A stretch of 64,000 nt of DNA. It comes from an uncultured Coxiellaceae bacterium (GTDB lineage Bacteria > Pseudomonadota > Gammaproteobacteria > DASZBR01). The notes below the pieces were generated by a model that saw only the letters and a program-made list of their open reading frames with translations, was not told the DNA's origin and searched no databases. This document shows, piece by piece, positions 46,834 to 56,997 of the stretch. The stretch spans positions 7,624 to 71,623 of the forward strand of contig CAZLGL010000010.1 in NCBI GenBank assembly GCA_964559315.1, in the 5' to 3' direction. How positions within the stretch are numbered: the stretch's first letter is position 1; every line of letters starts with the position of its first letter. The translations under genes and the position numbers were made by a program.

Positions 46834-46834
46834 A

Positions 46835-49800
46835 TTACATCCCTAGCATAGCTGGATCGAAGTCGTTATCATCATCTTCAGGGGGTAGAGCAGCGGCAAC
46901 GGGAGGGGCATTAAATAATCCATAACGCTGTGGGCAAAGTCTATTCGGGAATGTAGGTTTGCAGCACTCTGGAAAATGTTTTTCCATTGTATTAAGAAGG
47001 CGAATTTTAAGTTCTACTGCAAATGGTAATTCTTCCGATTTTGTTTTTAACCATTCATATACGTCCACAACTTTTATGCCCACCCATTTACAGAATGCTT
47101 CGATCTGATGCAATATTTTTTCGAATACGGTTTCAGTACCTTCTAATTCAGTGATCATCGATGCTAAGAATGCACAAGCCGCATAGAATTTTGAATCACC
47201 GGCTAAGTTAGCCTGGAAAACATTAGGGAACGCGCCTGCAACGACAATTCCGACAGCAATAGCATATGCTGCAATAAACATACCTTGGTGAGCAGCAGTT
47301 TGTTCTTTCCACCAGGCCCGAAATCCTTGGTATTCTGGATTATCTTTTCGAAAATCACCGTCTTGGAATTGCAGATCGCCTGCGACAACATCAAATAAAT
47401 ATTCAGAAAATTTTCTGCCCAGTGGCATTGCAGCGCAAAAACCTAATCCTATAATAAACGCCATAATTCCTGCGGATAAGGTATAGCCTATTATTGCGCC
47501 CGGAATATCTGCATTAATGATGCCTGCGTAAAGCGTGCCAGTAGATAACTGCCAGAAATTAATAAAGCCCATCGTGACAAAAACGGAAATTCCGGTTCCC
47601 GTTAAAATGCCTAACCAAAAACGGGCATTTTCATAAACGCCTTTATCTCTCACATTTTTTGCATCACGGATACATTTATCAAGAATGCGTTTAATTTGTT
47701 CGACGATAGGGCGGGCACTGATCATATTTCCGAGGAATGAAGAAAAGAAAGCCAAACGATATGTCGCTTCAGCATTGGAGTTGATGAACTGTGAAAGCGT
47801 TATCATCCCCGATGCCCAGCCTTGAAACATTTGAGTATTATTTAAAACGGTAGCCGGGAAGCTTTGAGGTCCTGTGACGATGAGTTTATTCAATCCGCCA
47901 AAGAAAAGCGCAGGAAAGAGTGCAAGGGCAGTGCCACCTATTTTGGGAAACACATCACTCGCCCAAGACCAATTTCCCGTATGAAAGGCTTCGAACATCG
48001 CTTTCAGATGATCTTCCATATTATAAATATCTAAGGCGATATTATTCAGTGTAGACGGGAATCCACCAAATTTATAAAACGCGTAGAACCAGAGTAGCAA
48101 CCATTTTCCGGCACCTGAACCAATCATGATGCTCACAACCCATTCGGCGCTTAAGCCCCACATAATAGCTTGTGCGCCGGCGGCCAGTGCTTGCATTCCC
48201 ATCGCTAACGAAAGATTTGCGCCGTAAAAAATATGAACAAACGAATTGACGACTTCAAAGCTCCACGTGCGTGGTAAATGAGAACCGCATGAGGTAGTGG
48301 TATCGTTATCTTTATCGTAAATTAATGTTACAACTTTATCGCTTCCCCAATTAACATTTTTAGGGTCAGTAATTTCTGTGCGACCATTTTTGTCGTACAG
48401 ATAATGTTTTCTGATGACTTTTTTAAGGTGGAAAACACCATGTTCATCGGCGACGTCGTCTTCTTCGACTTCAAAGAGTTGAATTTGAATCTTTTTGCCT
48501 GCTGCACTTAAAGATTCGCATAATAAGCGTGCTTCAAGATCCATTTTGGCGGGAAGTGTTTTTTTGTTGGCTTCTGTAGAGCCGACTTCTCTGCGGTAAA
48601 TATCATAAGGCGTCGTGACTTTTCGTTTTTTCGCTTCAGGAGCGCCGGCGTCCTCTTTTCCTTTGTCGCTAATGCTTTGTCCATCGGCGTGATAATAATC
48701 CACATAGGCGGGATCATTATTTAATTCTGCTTTTACCCAGTTTCGTTCGGGAAGATGTGTGAGATGATCATCGCAAGCATCTCGTAAATATTGATCGGTA
48801 TAAAAAGTATCTTTGGAAACCTTGGTATTACCAAAAATAACGTTATTTAAACCCTCGGCAACGGCTTTGAATAAACCATTGTCTTTGAGGATTTTTTTCG
48901 TTAATGGAACGAAGCGAGTCGTCATTTTCACTTGCTCGTCAGGATTGTTATTGTTTTGAGTGTGGGCTGCTAAGAATAATGTTTTTTCAACTTTCCAATT
49001 AACATCTTCTGACTCGAACGTTTTTGGATTTTCACTGGAGTTGTTGTCTTTAGTAAATAATAAATGAGTCACTTTATTCTTTTCATCTAAGAGAGAAACA
49101 TGAATTGAGACGCCGAATTCCTCGCACAGAGCGATAGCAATATTTTCCCAATTAAAATCTTTTTCATGGCATTTGATAGTTCGTCTAATTACAGCGGCAT
49201 CATATGTGTTCGTATTTTCTAGGCGATTTAATTCTTGGGCAATGGAATCAAAGAAATCATCATCCGCAGAATTTCCTAGTGTCATCCAAGAAGGCAGTGT
49301 TGCTGCGACTGCAGAAAATTTTGCAGCATTTATGGCTGTGAGAAGCAGTTCAGTTTCCTTCGATTGAAGAGGACCGTGAGTGAAACCGGATTGAACCGTT
49401 TTTTCCAATAAAACAGGTTTGTTCGGCCGTAAGGGTTTATGTTTAGGGGGAGCAGGACGCTCAAAAACTTTTTCAGGCTGCATGTTAGAATATTCAACGG
49501 GAGTTTCTACCGCTTTAAGATTTTCGGGTGCTTCGCGATGACGCAGATCACCATCTCTTCTTAATACTTCATTGAGTACAATCGTATCTTTTCTGTGTGT
49601 GCCGCCTAATTTTCCATCAGCAAGTTCAAATTTTTCACGGGCTATTTCTTCATCTGTCTTTGTACGAACAGGTTTTTCGATAAAAGGATCCGCGCTTAGC
49701 TCAATTTCATGAATTCTTTCTTGATCAATGTGTCGCGCGCCATCCACGGTAACAAGCACTTTCTCGTCACCGTCTTTTACTTCTTTTTTAAATTGAACAG

Positions 49801-52180
49801 ATTCTAATCCTACTGGCTGAATTTGTTTGGTTCCTGTTTTACCTGCTTTGTTTTTTGTTTCAACTGTTTCTGCTACCGTTAAAGGGAGTTGAGCGAGTAT
49901 TGATGGATGGACTTCAACATTTACGCTCCAATCGCCATCAAAAAATGCTTCAAGCTCGCCATTCATTTTAGGAGATAACACCACTAAAAAATCATCGCCC
50001 GGTATTTCTTTATTCGGTCTTCGTTCAAGTAAAAGCGTTGATTTATCTGTGTAATGATCAATATCAGACAGATTTGCAATACAACCATCTTGAGAAACAA
50101 ACGTATGTGAACGGGGATGGGATTTTTTATCATATTCTGTTACTGCCATTGATAAGGGAACGCCTACTTTTCTCAGCATTTCACAAATCATTACGCCTTC
50201 AATTTCAGGACATCCTGCACGTGTTGTGCCAATCGTTTTTTTATAGTTAAGGAACGCCTCTGTATCGGTAGACTGACTTTCTACCGTTTTTCTTACCCAG
50301 TGGACTGTTTCAGCCGCGCGTTTTCCCTGGGTGTTACAAAATGTTTGATAATCACCGTAAGGAATAAAATTAAGGCGACTCAGGACGGTGTAACATACGG
50401 GATTGGAACCTGGAATAATAAGAAGATCAATTTCACCTTCAGAACGTTGAGATTTCTGTTGTTCATTCAGCGTTAATTTTCGAGTACCATCGGCAGATTT
50501 TTCCCATATATTTATTGTGCATCGTGAGATCAGTTGAAATAATTTGTACATTTCTTCATGAAATCCCGCTTTGGGATGTCTGAGATACGTGTTCACATAC
50601 CACAGAAAGGCTTGTGGCGATTGTGAATAGCGCCTAATTTCTTCTTGTACTCCTTCTTTATCGTATTCTGTATGCTGTGCAACATATTCTTTGGTAAGCG
50701 ATTCGTACGATTCAGGACGTTTAAAGCCAGCATCAATTTCTTTGCAACTTTCTAAAGCTTCTGCGATGTGTTCGTATAACGATTCGCGTAATTTTTTGGC
50801 GTTGAAAAGTAATGCAACATCAGGATTGGCTTTATCCGATTGGACACCTTCGGAAATCTTCTTAACCGCGTCGACAACTTTTGAATAGGTGAAATAACTT
50901 AAAAAACTTTCTTTTGAAGCAAAAAGAAGTTTAGAGGCCGTGAGATAATGTAAGTCTTTTTGGTAATCGGTATTAAAAACATACCAGCTAATCGCTTCTT
51001 CGCTTTCACAATAATCTTTAAGATGTCGGTCAAGTTCTTCTTGTTCCTCTTCATTTCTTACAGGACGGTCATAAATAAAATTTTTAAATCGGGGTGTTTG
51101 AAATTCAGGATGTCTCACAAAAATGGTGTAAATTTCCTGACCTAATTGTTCGCGAAACGTAGCCATCTCTGGATTTCTTTCCATGAGAAGTTCTAGGAAT
51201 TCTTTTCTTGAGATATCTTTCGGTATTTTTCGTCCGGTTTCAGGAGCGTAGTGCATGTTGAATGCTCGTGAATAATAAATCGCTGCTTTATGATTTATGT
51301 CATCGAATAAATAACTTTTTATGGCTTCGTCTGAATTACAGTAATCACGTAAAGCATTTTCATCGGGCGGATTTGATTTGCCAAGAATTTTTCTAAATCC
51401 GTAGGGAGCTTCCAGGACATAATCCCAAAAGGTGTTGTAAATAATGTCGGCGAGTTTTCGTCGTACTGCGTCTTCGGGGGGTAGCGTTAAAAAATATTGA
51501 ACAATTTGATTTTTTTCAGCGCTTGAGACAGGCCCTTCTTTGAGGAAAACAACATCGCTATCTTCGTTGGCGTTGGTTTGGCCAAACGAAACGTGAGTAT
51601 TTTCAGGCCTTTCTAAGGCGAGCAATTGGTATTTTTGGAATGTTTTGCGGAGGGTACCATCTCTGAAGGCGACTTTTAATGCTTCGGGGATCTTTTCCTC
51701 GAGCGAATCGGTATAGTCATCGAGCGAATCCACATAGGCTTTAGATTTTGCGCGAAGGGCGAGGCTGAGTTGTTTTACTTTTTTGTTTTTTTTGCGGGCT
51801 ATCCGTAATGCATCATCAGCATTATTGGGCGATGGTGGAGCATTAAATTCGATACTAAAAAAAGCACCCAGGGTACCCCTTAGATTGGGTTGTGCTTCTG
51901 CCATATCAAGCAAAGCGAAGGCAACGGCATCAAAGAATCGATTGTCGGGGTTGACTGGTGCGTCTTTTTTATCGTCGGCAAGAAGGGTGTAGTCTGAGCG
52001 TTTTCCGTTTACTGACAGGGTTTCAAACTCCACGCTATCCTCTGTTTTTCGAAAAAAGGAGGACGACAAGGAGGACAAAGAGGTTCGTGCAGTGGAAAGA
52101 AAAGAAGAGGTGGTTGAGGAATCGTCATTATTACTATTGGGCTGGACAGCTTTTAATAGTGGGTCTGTATCATGAGCCAT
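46835..52180 (-). CDS. Giant hypothetical protein (1781 aa): repeat-containing soluble N-terminal ~1310 aa plus polytopic membrane C-terminal ~400 aa; effector-like
   Basis: Uninterrupted ORF. The N-terminus is Ser/Thr-rich. Internal motif repeats are described in the findings. About 8-10 hydrophobic helices lie between aa 1315 and 1680. The C-terminus is acidic (PPEDDDNDFDPAMLGM). The gene is inserted between mltG and ibaG. Confidence 0.7.
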   Translation of the reverse strand: MAHDTDPLLKAVQPNSNNDDSSTTSSFLSTARTSLSSLSSSFFRKTEDSVEFETLSVNGKRSDYTLLADDKKDAPVNPDNRFFDAVAFALLDMAEAQPNLRGTLGAFFSIEFNAPPSPNNADDALRIARKKNKKVKQLSLALRAKSKAYVDSLDDYTDSLEEKIPEALKVAFRDGTLRKTFQKYQLLALERPENTHVSFGQTNANEDSDVVFLKEGPVSSAEKNQIVQYFLTLPPEDAVRRKLADIIYNTFWDYVLEAPYGFRKILGKSNPPDENALRDYCNSDEAIKSYLFDDINHKAAIYYSRAFNMHYAPETGRKIPKDISRKEFLELLMERNPEMATFREQLGQEIYTIFVRHPEFQTPRFKNFIYDRPVRNEEEQEELDRHLKDYCESEEAISWYVFNTDYQKDLHYLTASKLLFASKESFLSYFTYSKVVDAVKKISEGVQSDKANPDVALLFNAKKLRESLYEHIAEALESCKEIDAGFKRPESYESLTKEYVAQHTEYDKEGVQEEIRRYSQSPQAFLWYVNTYLRHPKAGFHEEMYKLFQLISRCTINIWEKSADGTRKLTLNEQQKSQRSEGEIDLLIIPGSNPVCYTVLSRLNFIPYGDYQTFCNTQGKRAAETVHWVRKTVESQSTDTEAFLNYKKTIGTTRAGCPEIEGVMICEMLRKVGVPLSMAVTEYDKKSHPRSHTFVSQDGCIANLSDIDHYTDKSTLLLERRPNKEIPGDDFLVVLSPKMNGELEAFFDGDWSVNVEVHPSILAQLPLTVAETVETKNKAGKTGTKQIQPVGLESVQFKKEVKDGDEKVLVTVDGARHIDQERIHEIELSADPFIEKPVRTKTDEEIAREKFELADGKLGGTHRKDTIVLNEVLRRDGDLRHREAPENLKAVETPVEYSNMQPEKVFERPAPPKHKPLRPNKPVLLEKTVQSGFTHGPLQSKETELLLTAINAAKFSAVAATLPSWMTLGNSADDDFFDSIAQELNRLENTNTYDAAVIRRTIKCHEKDFNWENIAIALCEEFGVSIHVSLLDEKNKVTHLLFTKDNNSSENPKTFESEDVNWKVEKTLFLAAHTQNNNNPDEQVKMTTRFVPLTKKILKDNGLFKAVAEGLNNVIFGNTKVSKDTFYTDQYLRDACDDHLTHLPERNWVKAELNNDPAYVDYYHADGQSISDKGKEDAGAPEAKKRKVTTPYDIYRREVGSTEANKKTLPAKMDLEARLLCESLSAAGKKIQIQLFEVEEDDVADEHGVFHLKKVIRKHYLYDKNGRTEITDPKNVNWGSDKVVTLIYDKDNDTTTSCGSHLPRTWSFEVVNSFVHIFYGANLSLAMGMQALAAGAQAIMWGLSAEWVVSIMIGSGAGKWLLLWFYAFYKFGGFPSTLNNIALDIYNMEDHLKAMFEAFHTGNWSWASDVFPKIGGTALALFPALFFGGLNKLIVTGPQSFPATVLNNTQMFQGWASGMITLSQFINSNAEATYRLAFFSSFLGNMISARPIVEQIKRILDKCIRDAKNVRDKGVYENARFWLGILTGTGISVFVTMGFINFWQLSTGTLYAGIINADIPGAIIGYTLSAGIMAFIIGLGFCAAMPLGRKFSEYLFDVVAGDLQFQDGDFRKDNPEYQGFRAWWKEQTAAHQGMFIAAYAIAVGIVVAGAFPNVFQANLAGDSKFYAACAFLASMITELEGTETVFEKILHQIEAFCKWVGIKVVDVYEWLKTKSEELPFAVELKIRLLNTMEKHFPECCKPTFPNRLCPQRYGLFNAPPVAAALPPEDDDNDFDPAMLGM

Positions 52181-52269
52181 TATTTTATACCTTCTTGAGG
52201 TGAGGTTAATTTGTTAGCCAGGATTGTAGAGGATCTTGACAAAATTTCCAATTGAAATTAAGGGGGATT

Positions 52270-52297
52270 GTAGGGGCGAGGCATGCCTCGCCCCTAC
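52270..52297 (-). terminator. Perfect 28-bp GC-rich palindrome overlapping the ibaG stop codon
   Basis: GTAGGGGCGAGGCA|TGCCTCGCCCCTAC. It shares the GTAGGGGCGAG arm with the rpoD-tRNA hairpin. Confidence 0.5.
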
Positions 52298-52515
52298 GTA
52301 ATTGAGGTCTTTAGGGAGATGGCATGAAGCTTGCCAGATTTGATAGCGGAGTCTAATGCAGCATAGACCATTTGATGCTGTTCAATGCGTGATTTCCCTT
52401 CAAATTCCGGGCAAATAACCTGCGCACGATAATGTTTGCCGTCTTTGCTCTCAACGGTGACGCGAGCGTTCGGAAGATATGCAAGAATTAATTCACGGAT
52501 GTCGTCGTTGTGCAT
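52294..52515 (-). CDS. ibaG: BolA-family protein IbaG/YrbA
   Basis: 73 aa with ..DGKHYRAQVICPEFEGKSRIEQHQMVY.. It lies downstream of mlaB, as in E. coli. Confidence 0.85.
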   Translation of the reverse strand: MHNDDIRELILAYLPNARVTVESKDGKHYRAQVICPEFEGKSRIEQHQMVYAALDSAIKSGKLHAISLKTSIT

Positions 52516-52811
52516 GGCAATATCGCATCTAAATCACATACTTTTGCTGCGGCTAATACTTTTGCCGGTAGCTGTAAAAATAATATATTTTTCTTGTGTT
52601 CATTCGCAAAACGTAATAAACCTGTTAGTAATGCTAATCCTGCGCTATTGCTTTGCTCAATTTCGCCAAAATTAAATTTTATTTGCGCGGTTGCTTTAGA
52701 AAGAATTTCACAACCTTGTTGCAAAATATTTTCAACGTTATCGAAATCAATATTTCCCGCGAGTTTAAATTCTGTCGGGGAAACGGAAGTAATGGTAGCG
52801 TTAGTCTTCAT
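52488..52811 (-). CDS. mlaB: STAS-domain protein MlaB
   Basis: Anti-sigma-antagonist-like fold signature (..FKLAGNIDFDNVENI..IEQSNSAGLALL..). It sits in the mla operon. The start is placed at MKTNATI. Confidence 0.75.
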   Translation of the reverse strand: MKTNATITSVSPTEFKLAGNIDFDNVENILQQGCEILSKATAQIKFNFGEIEQSNSAGLALLTGLLRFANEHKKNILFLQLPAKVLAAAKVCDLDAILPCTTTTSVN

Positions 52812-53451
52812 TGGTTTTTCCATTGATAGCATCCTGTCGAGATAATTTTGCATTGTGCGCTACCAATTTTTTCGTCAAATTGGCAAGGCCGCCTTGATCT
52901 AAATCACTCGTAAATTGTGCGCGAAAATTATTTACCGCACTGACATTGTCTACACTAAAATCAACGATTTTCCATTGATTGCCTTCTAATAACAAAATGT
53001 AGCTAACGGGAACAGAAGGGCCGCTGGGTTGAATCACTTCACTTTGAACGGTAACTTGGCGTTGACCTTCATAACCGCCACGAATGGGAAAAAACTTTAC
53101 CGTTTGATTGGTGTATGACGCTAATGCAGACGCATACGTACGAGTTAATAATTCTGTAAACGCGGGGGTAAATGCGTTTTTATCTTGTGCAGTTGCACTC
53201 ATCCATGCGGCACGACCAATCACAGAGCGTGACATATATTCCATATCAAAATGCGGTAATAAAATCGAATCAACAATATTAAATACGCGGTTGGGATCGG
53301 ATTTTAATGTCGATTGATGCACTTTTAATTGTGCCAACATTTGATCGGATGTGCTTTGCAACATATCCAGGGGATTCGGAGTCTCACCGTAAGCGGATAC
53401 AGAAAATAATGAAAAAATAAATAAAATTAAAGAAAGAAAACAACGCATCAT
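52801..53451 (-). CDS. mlaC: Periplasmic phospholipid-binding protein MlaC (Ttg2D)
   Basis: It has a signal peptide and is 216 aa. It lies between mlaD and mlaB. Confidence 0.8.
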   Translation of the reverse strand: MMRCFLSLILFIFSLFSVSAYGETPNPLDMLQSTSDQMLAQLKVHQSTLKSDPNRVFNIVDSILLPHFDMEYMSRSVIGRAAWMSATAQDKNAFTPAFTELLTRTYASALASYTNQTVKFFPIRGGYEGQRQVTVQSEVIQPSGPSVPVSYILLLEGNQWKIVDFSVDNVSAVNNFRAQFTSDLDQGGLANLTKKLVAHNAKLSRQDAINGKTNED

Positions 53452-53936
53452 TTAGGTTTCTCCGAAGTGTCACTCGTGCTGCTTGGGCCGAGTTTATACA
53501 TTAATTGACCAATCAGGTTTTCAAGGATCAGGGCTGAGTGGGTAGTCATGATTTTATCACCATTTTTTAAGTTTGTGTCAGCAAACCCGGGTGTCAAGCT
53601 AATATAATTTGATCCCAATAAGCCTTCGGTGAAAATACTGGCAGTACTGTCGGTGGGAATAGTGTGTTGCGTGGGATCAATCTGCATTGAGACCATCGCT
53701 TTAAAAGTCGTGGGATTCAATTGAATACTGGTTACCTCACCCACGCGTACGCCACCAATCGATACAGGTGCGCGAATGCGTAAGTCACCAATATTGTCGA
53801 ATTCGGCGGTGACCACATACCCATTGTGGCCTACAATATTGGCGAGCCCACTGACTTGAAACGCCAACATGACTAAAGAGAGTATGCCGGCGATTAAAAA
53901 AAGTCCGACAAAAATTTCTATGCCTCGGGTTTTCAC
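53448..53936 (-). CDS. mlaD: MCE-domain protein MlaD
   Basis: N-terminal anchor MKTRGIEIFVGLFLIAGILSL. MCE segments: YVVTAEFDNIGDLRIRAPVSIGGVRVGEV. Confidence 0.9.
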   Translation of the reverse strand: MKTRGIEIFVGLFLIAGILSLVMLAFQVSGLANIVGHNGYVVTAEFDNIGDLRIRAPVSIGGVRVGEVTSIQLNPTTFKAMVSMQIDPTQHTIPTDSTASIFTEGLLGSNYISLTPGFADTNLKNGDKIMTTHSALILENLIGQLMYKLGPSSTSDTSEKPK

Positions 53937-53937
53937 G

Positions 53938-54720
53938 TTACCAACCTCCTAACATCATCGTTGTTAATACAAAGTCGAGTCCTAATACCGCAAGTGAGCC
54001 ATATACAACACATTTTGTGGTTGCACGACTAATACCTTCCGCGGTAGGGATACAATCGTAACCTTGAAAAACCGCTATCCAGGTTACGACACCACCAAAT
54101 ACGACGCATTTAATTAAGCCATTTAATACATCTTCATGAAAATTAACGCCGGCTTGCATGTTGCTCCAAAACGAGCCCGCATCGACACCTAGCCAACTCA
54201 CGCCCACTAAATAGCCGCCGTAAATCGCTACGGCGCTAAAAATTAATGTTAATAAGGGGGTAGAAAAAAATCCGGCCCAAAATCGGGGCGAAATAATTCG
54301 CCATAGTGGATCAACGCCAATCATTTCCATACTGGCTAATTGTTCGGTCGCTTTCATTAATCCAATTTCAGCGGTTAATGCAGAACCTGCACGACCTGCA
54401 AATAATAATGCTGTGACAACGGGCCCTAATTCACGTACTACGCTTAATGCAATTAATTGGCCTAATTGTTGTGTCGCGCTGAATTTTTCTAATGTATGAA
54501 AACCCTGTAATCCCAATACCATTCCAATAAATAATCCGGATACCACAATAATGGGAAGTGAAAGTACGCCGACGTTGTACATTTCTTTAATTAATAACGG
54601 AAATGATTTAATTAATTTTGGTGGACGAATTAATGACCGCAATAAAAATAGAGTAGCGCGTCCTAAACTGGCGAATGTATTTAGTCCCCAGCGACCACAC
54701 TGTGCGATTGATTCGATCAT
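53938..54720 (-). CDS. mlaE: ABC permease MlaE
   Basis: 260 aa with ..[25 protein letters not shown].. Confidence 0.9.
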   Translation of the reverse strand: MIESIAQCGRWGLNTFASLGRATLFLLRSLIRPPKLIKSFPLLIKEMYNVGVLSLPIIVVSGLFIGMVLGLQGFHTLEKFSATQQLGQLIALSVVRELGPVVTALLFAGRAGSALTAEIGLMKATEQLASMEMIGVDPLWRIISPRFWAGFFSTPLLTLIFSAVAIYGGYLVGVSWLGVDAGSFWSNMQAGVNFHEDVLNGLIKCVVFGGVVTWIAVFQGYDCIPTAEGISRATTKCVVYGSLAVLGLDFVLTTMMLGGW

Positions 54721-55508
54721 AATAAATCCGTTTTAAATTCTGTTGCAGGATAATGGAAAGGCACAACCCCGTCTGGTAAACCCTGAATAAATTGTTTGAC
54801 AGCAGGTGAATTGGTTTTTTGTAATTCATTCGGTGTGCCATGCCCGACAACTTTTCCGCTGGATATCACATACACATAATCCGCGATGCTAAATACTTCT
54901 TGGACATCATGTGACACCACAATACTGGTCATGCCTAATGCGTCATTAAGCGTTCGAATTAATTTCATTAATACGCCGATACCAATCGGATCTTGGCCGG
55001 TGAAAGGCTCGTCATACATGATAAGTTGGGGATCTAGTGCCATCGCGCGGGCGAGTGCAACACGTCGGGCCATTCCGCCAGATAATTCGCTGGGCATTAA
55101 ATTGCGTGCACCGCGAAGCCCGACGGCTTCTAGTTTTAATAACACTAAATCATGAATAATACTTTCAGATAAAGTCGTGTGTTCACGCAATGGAAACGCG
55201 ACATTTTCAAAAGCATTGATATTGGTAAAAAGTGCGCCGCTTTGAAACAGCATGCCGATGCGTTGACGAATGTCATACAGTTTTCGTCGAGATAATTTGT
55301 GGATATTCGTGTTATCAAATAAAACTGTACCATTGTCAGGATAGATTTGAGCGCCAATTAATTTTAAGAGCGTTGTTTTTCCGGTTCCACTCGGACCTAA
55401 AACAGCGGTGATTTTTCCACGTTGCACATCCATGTCGATGGCATCGAAAATGACGCGACCGCCACGGTTGAAGCAAATGTTTCGAAGGGTAACAAGATTG
55501 TCAGACAT
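54717..55508 (-). CDS. mlaF: ABC ATPase MlaF
   Basis: Walker [10 protein letters not shown], signature [14 protein letters not shown], Walker B LIMYDEP. Confidence 0.9.
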   Translation of the reverse strand: MSDNLVTLRNICFNRGGRVIFDAIDMDVQRGKITAVLGPSGTGKTTLLKLIGAQIYPDNGTVLFDNTNIHKLSRRKLYDIRQRIGMLFQSGALFTNINAFENVAFPLREHTTLSESIIHDLVLLKLEAVGLRGARNLMPSELSGGMARRVALARAMALDPQLIMYDEPFTGQDPIGIGVLMKLIRTLNDALGMTSIVVSHDVQEVFSIADYVYVISSGKVVGHGTPNELQKTNSPAVKQFIQGLPDGVVPFHYPATEFKTDLL

Positions 55509-55599
55509 CCCGAATTTATACCTGATTTAAAAATATTATGCCAGCTAGATTCGCATGGTATGATCGACCCAATTTTTTAATAGGGTGGGAGAGAATAAA

Positions 55600-56997
55600 A
55601 TGTCTGGTGAAGCAGTTGCACGTGGTGCTGAAGATTTTGAGCCTGCGTCACTCCAACAAACTGAAGCCGAGGGTAATGCGTCGGATGAGGGTACGAATGG
55701 GTTACTGGATAATCAAAGTAAAAAATATCTCCAACCTCGATTAAATATATTAAAAGGCCTGATGTATCCCTCCGGTGCATTTTTTATTATATGTTCTGCG
55801 GGCCCCTCATTTATGTCTTCATGGGTAGAAGCAGAAATACATGGGGTAAGACAAAGTGATTCAGTCTTTTTGGGTATTGTGAATTCTCTCGGGAAGCAAG
55901 CGTTACTGGCGGTATTTTTCTTTCCTAATCTCCGCTCCATCGCTGAATTTTTATCTCACAAACATCCTCAAAAAATTACGGTAAAAAAAGTCGGTGAAGT
56001 GTTTGTCCTTTATATGATCGGAGTTCCTTCGGCATTAACGTTTGCCTTATATAATTTAGCGACGTTTGATGATTTTACTGAAAAAGTGCTTAACTATAAT
56101 TCTACTGTAACGAATGTTACCTTAAGTCCGGTGCTCACTGATTTAGCCCACTGGGTGCAAACACCTGCGCCTCGGGTGCTCAGTGCATTTTCTGCCGCTC
56201 TGGTGAATTTTCTCTCAAATCCTGGTGTTATTCTTCTGTGTTATGTGGTGGGGTCAGAATTAGTGAAAGAATATAAAGAACTTCACGATAAATCTCGGCC
56301 TGAACAAATAAAATTTTGGTGTAAAACGTTGGGCACACTTCCTGCTGTAGGTATTTCAGAATGGGGCATTGTTCCGTATGTGTTTATTTCGAAAAAATTC
56401 ACGGTAACCTATTTTCATTTTCCAGATGCGTTAGGGTATGTATGGGGTGCGGCGCAATTGGCATTTATGTCGCTACTTGTTGTTGATACGTCCTATGCAT
56501 TAAGTCGTGATGGCATCAAAATGTTTATTGAAATGTTACGAAAAGAATTTAAATATCCCCCTGGTGCTCAAATTGTTATCAATGTGACAAAAGGTGCTGT
56601 TACATTAGGCATTGTGATCCCCGGTACACTTCACATGATTTGGGCAAATGGTTATGCCGGGATCACGAGTGCAGCTACAGATTTTGCAACAGGTGTTGCA
56701 TCAACTTTTTTTGAAATATTTGGTATTTATACAGGCCTATCATTATTAGAGTGGAGCGTGAAATGGTTGGGCAACAAGGCGGCAGAAGCTTACCACAAAA
56801 AATATCCTGCCATAGCAGTGGGGGAAGATAGCGTTGATGCTGAAGAAGAGAATGTCCCGCCGCCACAAACGTGGAAAGCGTGGACCCGCCAAAAATTATC
56901 TTTCTTTACTAGCTGTTGCGGTAGGAATCGAGGTAATGTACAAGACGATATTCCTGTGGTTTCGAGTGGTGGGGTTAGCATGGAGTTTGCTCAATGA
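55600..56997 (+). CDS. Hypothetical polytopic membrane protein with acidic N- and C-terminal tails; effector-like
   Basis: ATG at 55600 follows GGGAGAG. There are about 8-10 hydrophobic helices. The C-terminus is ..EDSVDAEEENVPPPQTW..FFTSCCGRNRGN.. I recognise no family. The gene is inserted in the mlaF/kdsD divergent junction. Confidence 0.6.
   Translation: MSGEAVARGAEDFEPASLQQTEAEGNASDEGTNGLLDNQSKKYLQPRLNILKGLMYPSGAFFIICSAGPSFMSSWVEAEIHGVRQSDSVFLGIVNSLGKQALLAVFFFPNLRSIAEFLSHKHPQKITVKKVGEVFVLYMIGVPSALTFALYNLATFDDFTEKVLNYNSTVTNVTLSPVLTDLAHWVQTPAPRVLSAFSAALVNFLSNPGVILLCYVVGSELVKEYKELHDKSRPEQIKFWCKTLGTLPAVGISEWGIVPYVFISKKFTVTYFHFPDALGYVWGAAQLAFMSLLVVDTSYALSRDGIKMFIEMLRKEFKYPPGAQIVINVTKGAVTLGIVIPGTLHMIWANGYAGITSAATDFATGVASTFFEIFGIYTGLSLLEWSVKWLGNKAAEAYHKKYPAIAVGEDSVDAEEENVPPPQTWKAWTRQKLSFFTSCCGRNRGNVQDDIPVVSSGGVSMEFAQ

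Noticed and set aside
52181-52269. PmrA-like box upstream of the 1781-aa gene. The upstream regions of 31927 and 55600 were also checked.
   Set aside because: Only single TTAA-containing near-palindromes (for example TTAATTTCAATTGGAAATT) were found. None has the TTAA-N7-TTAA tandem geometry seen at 28529.
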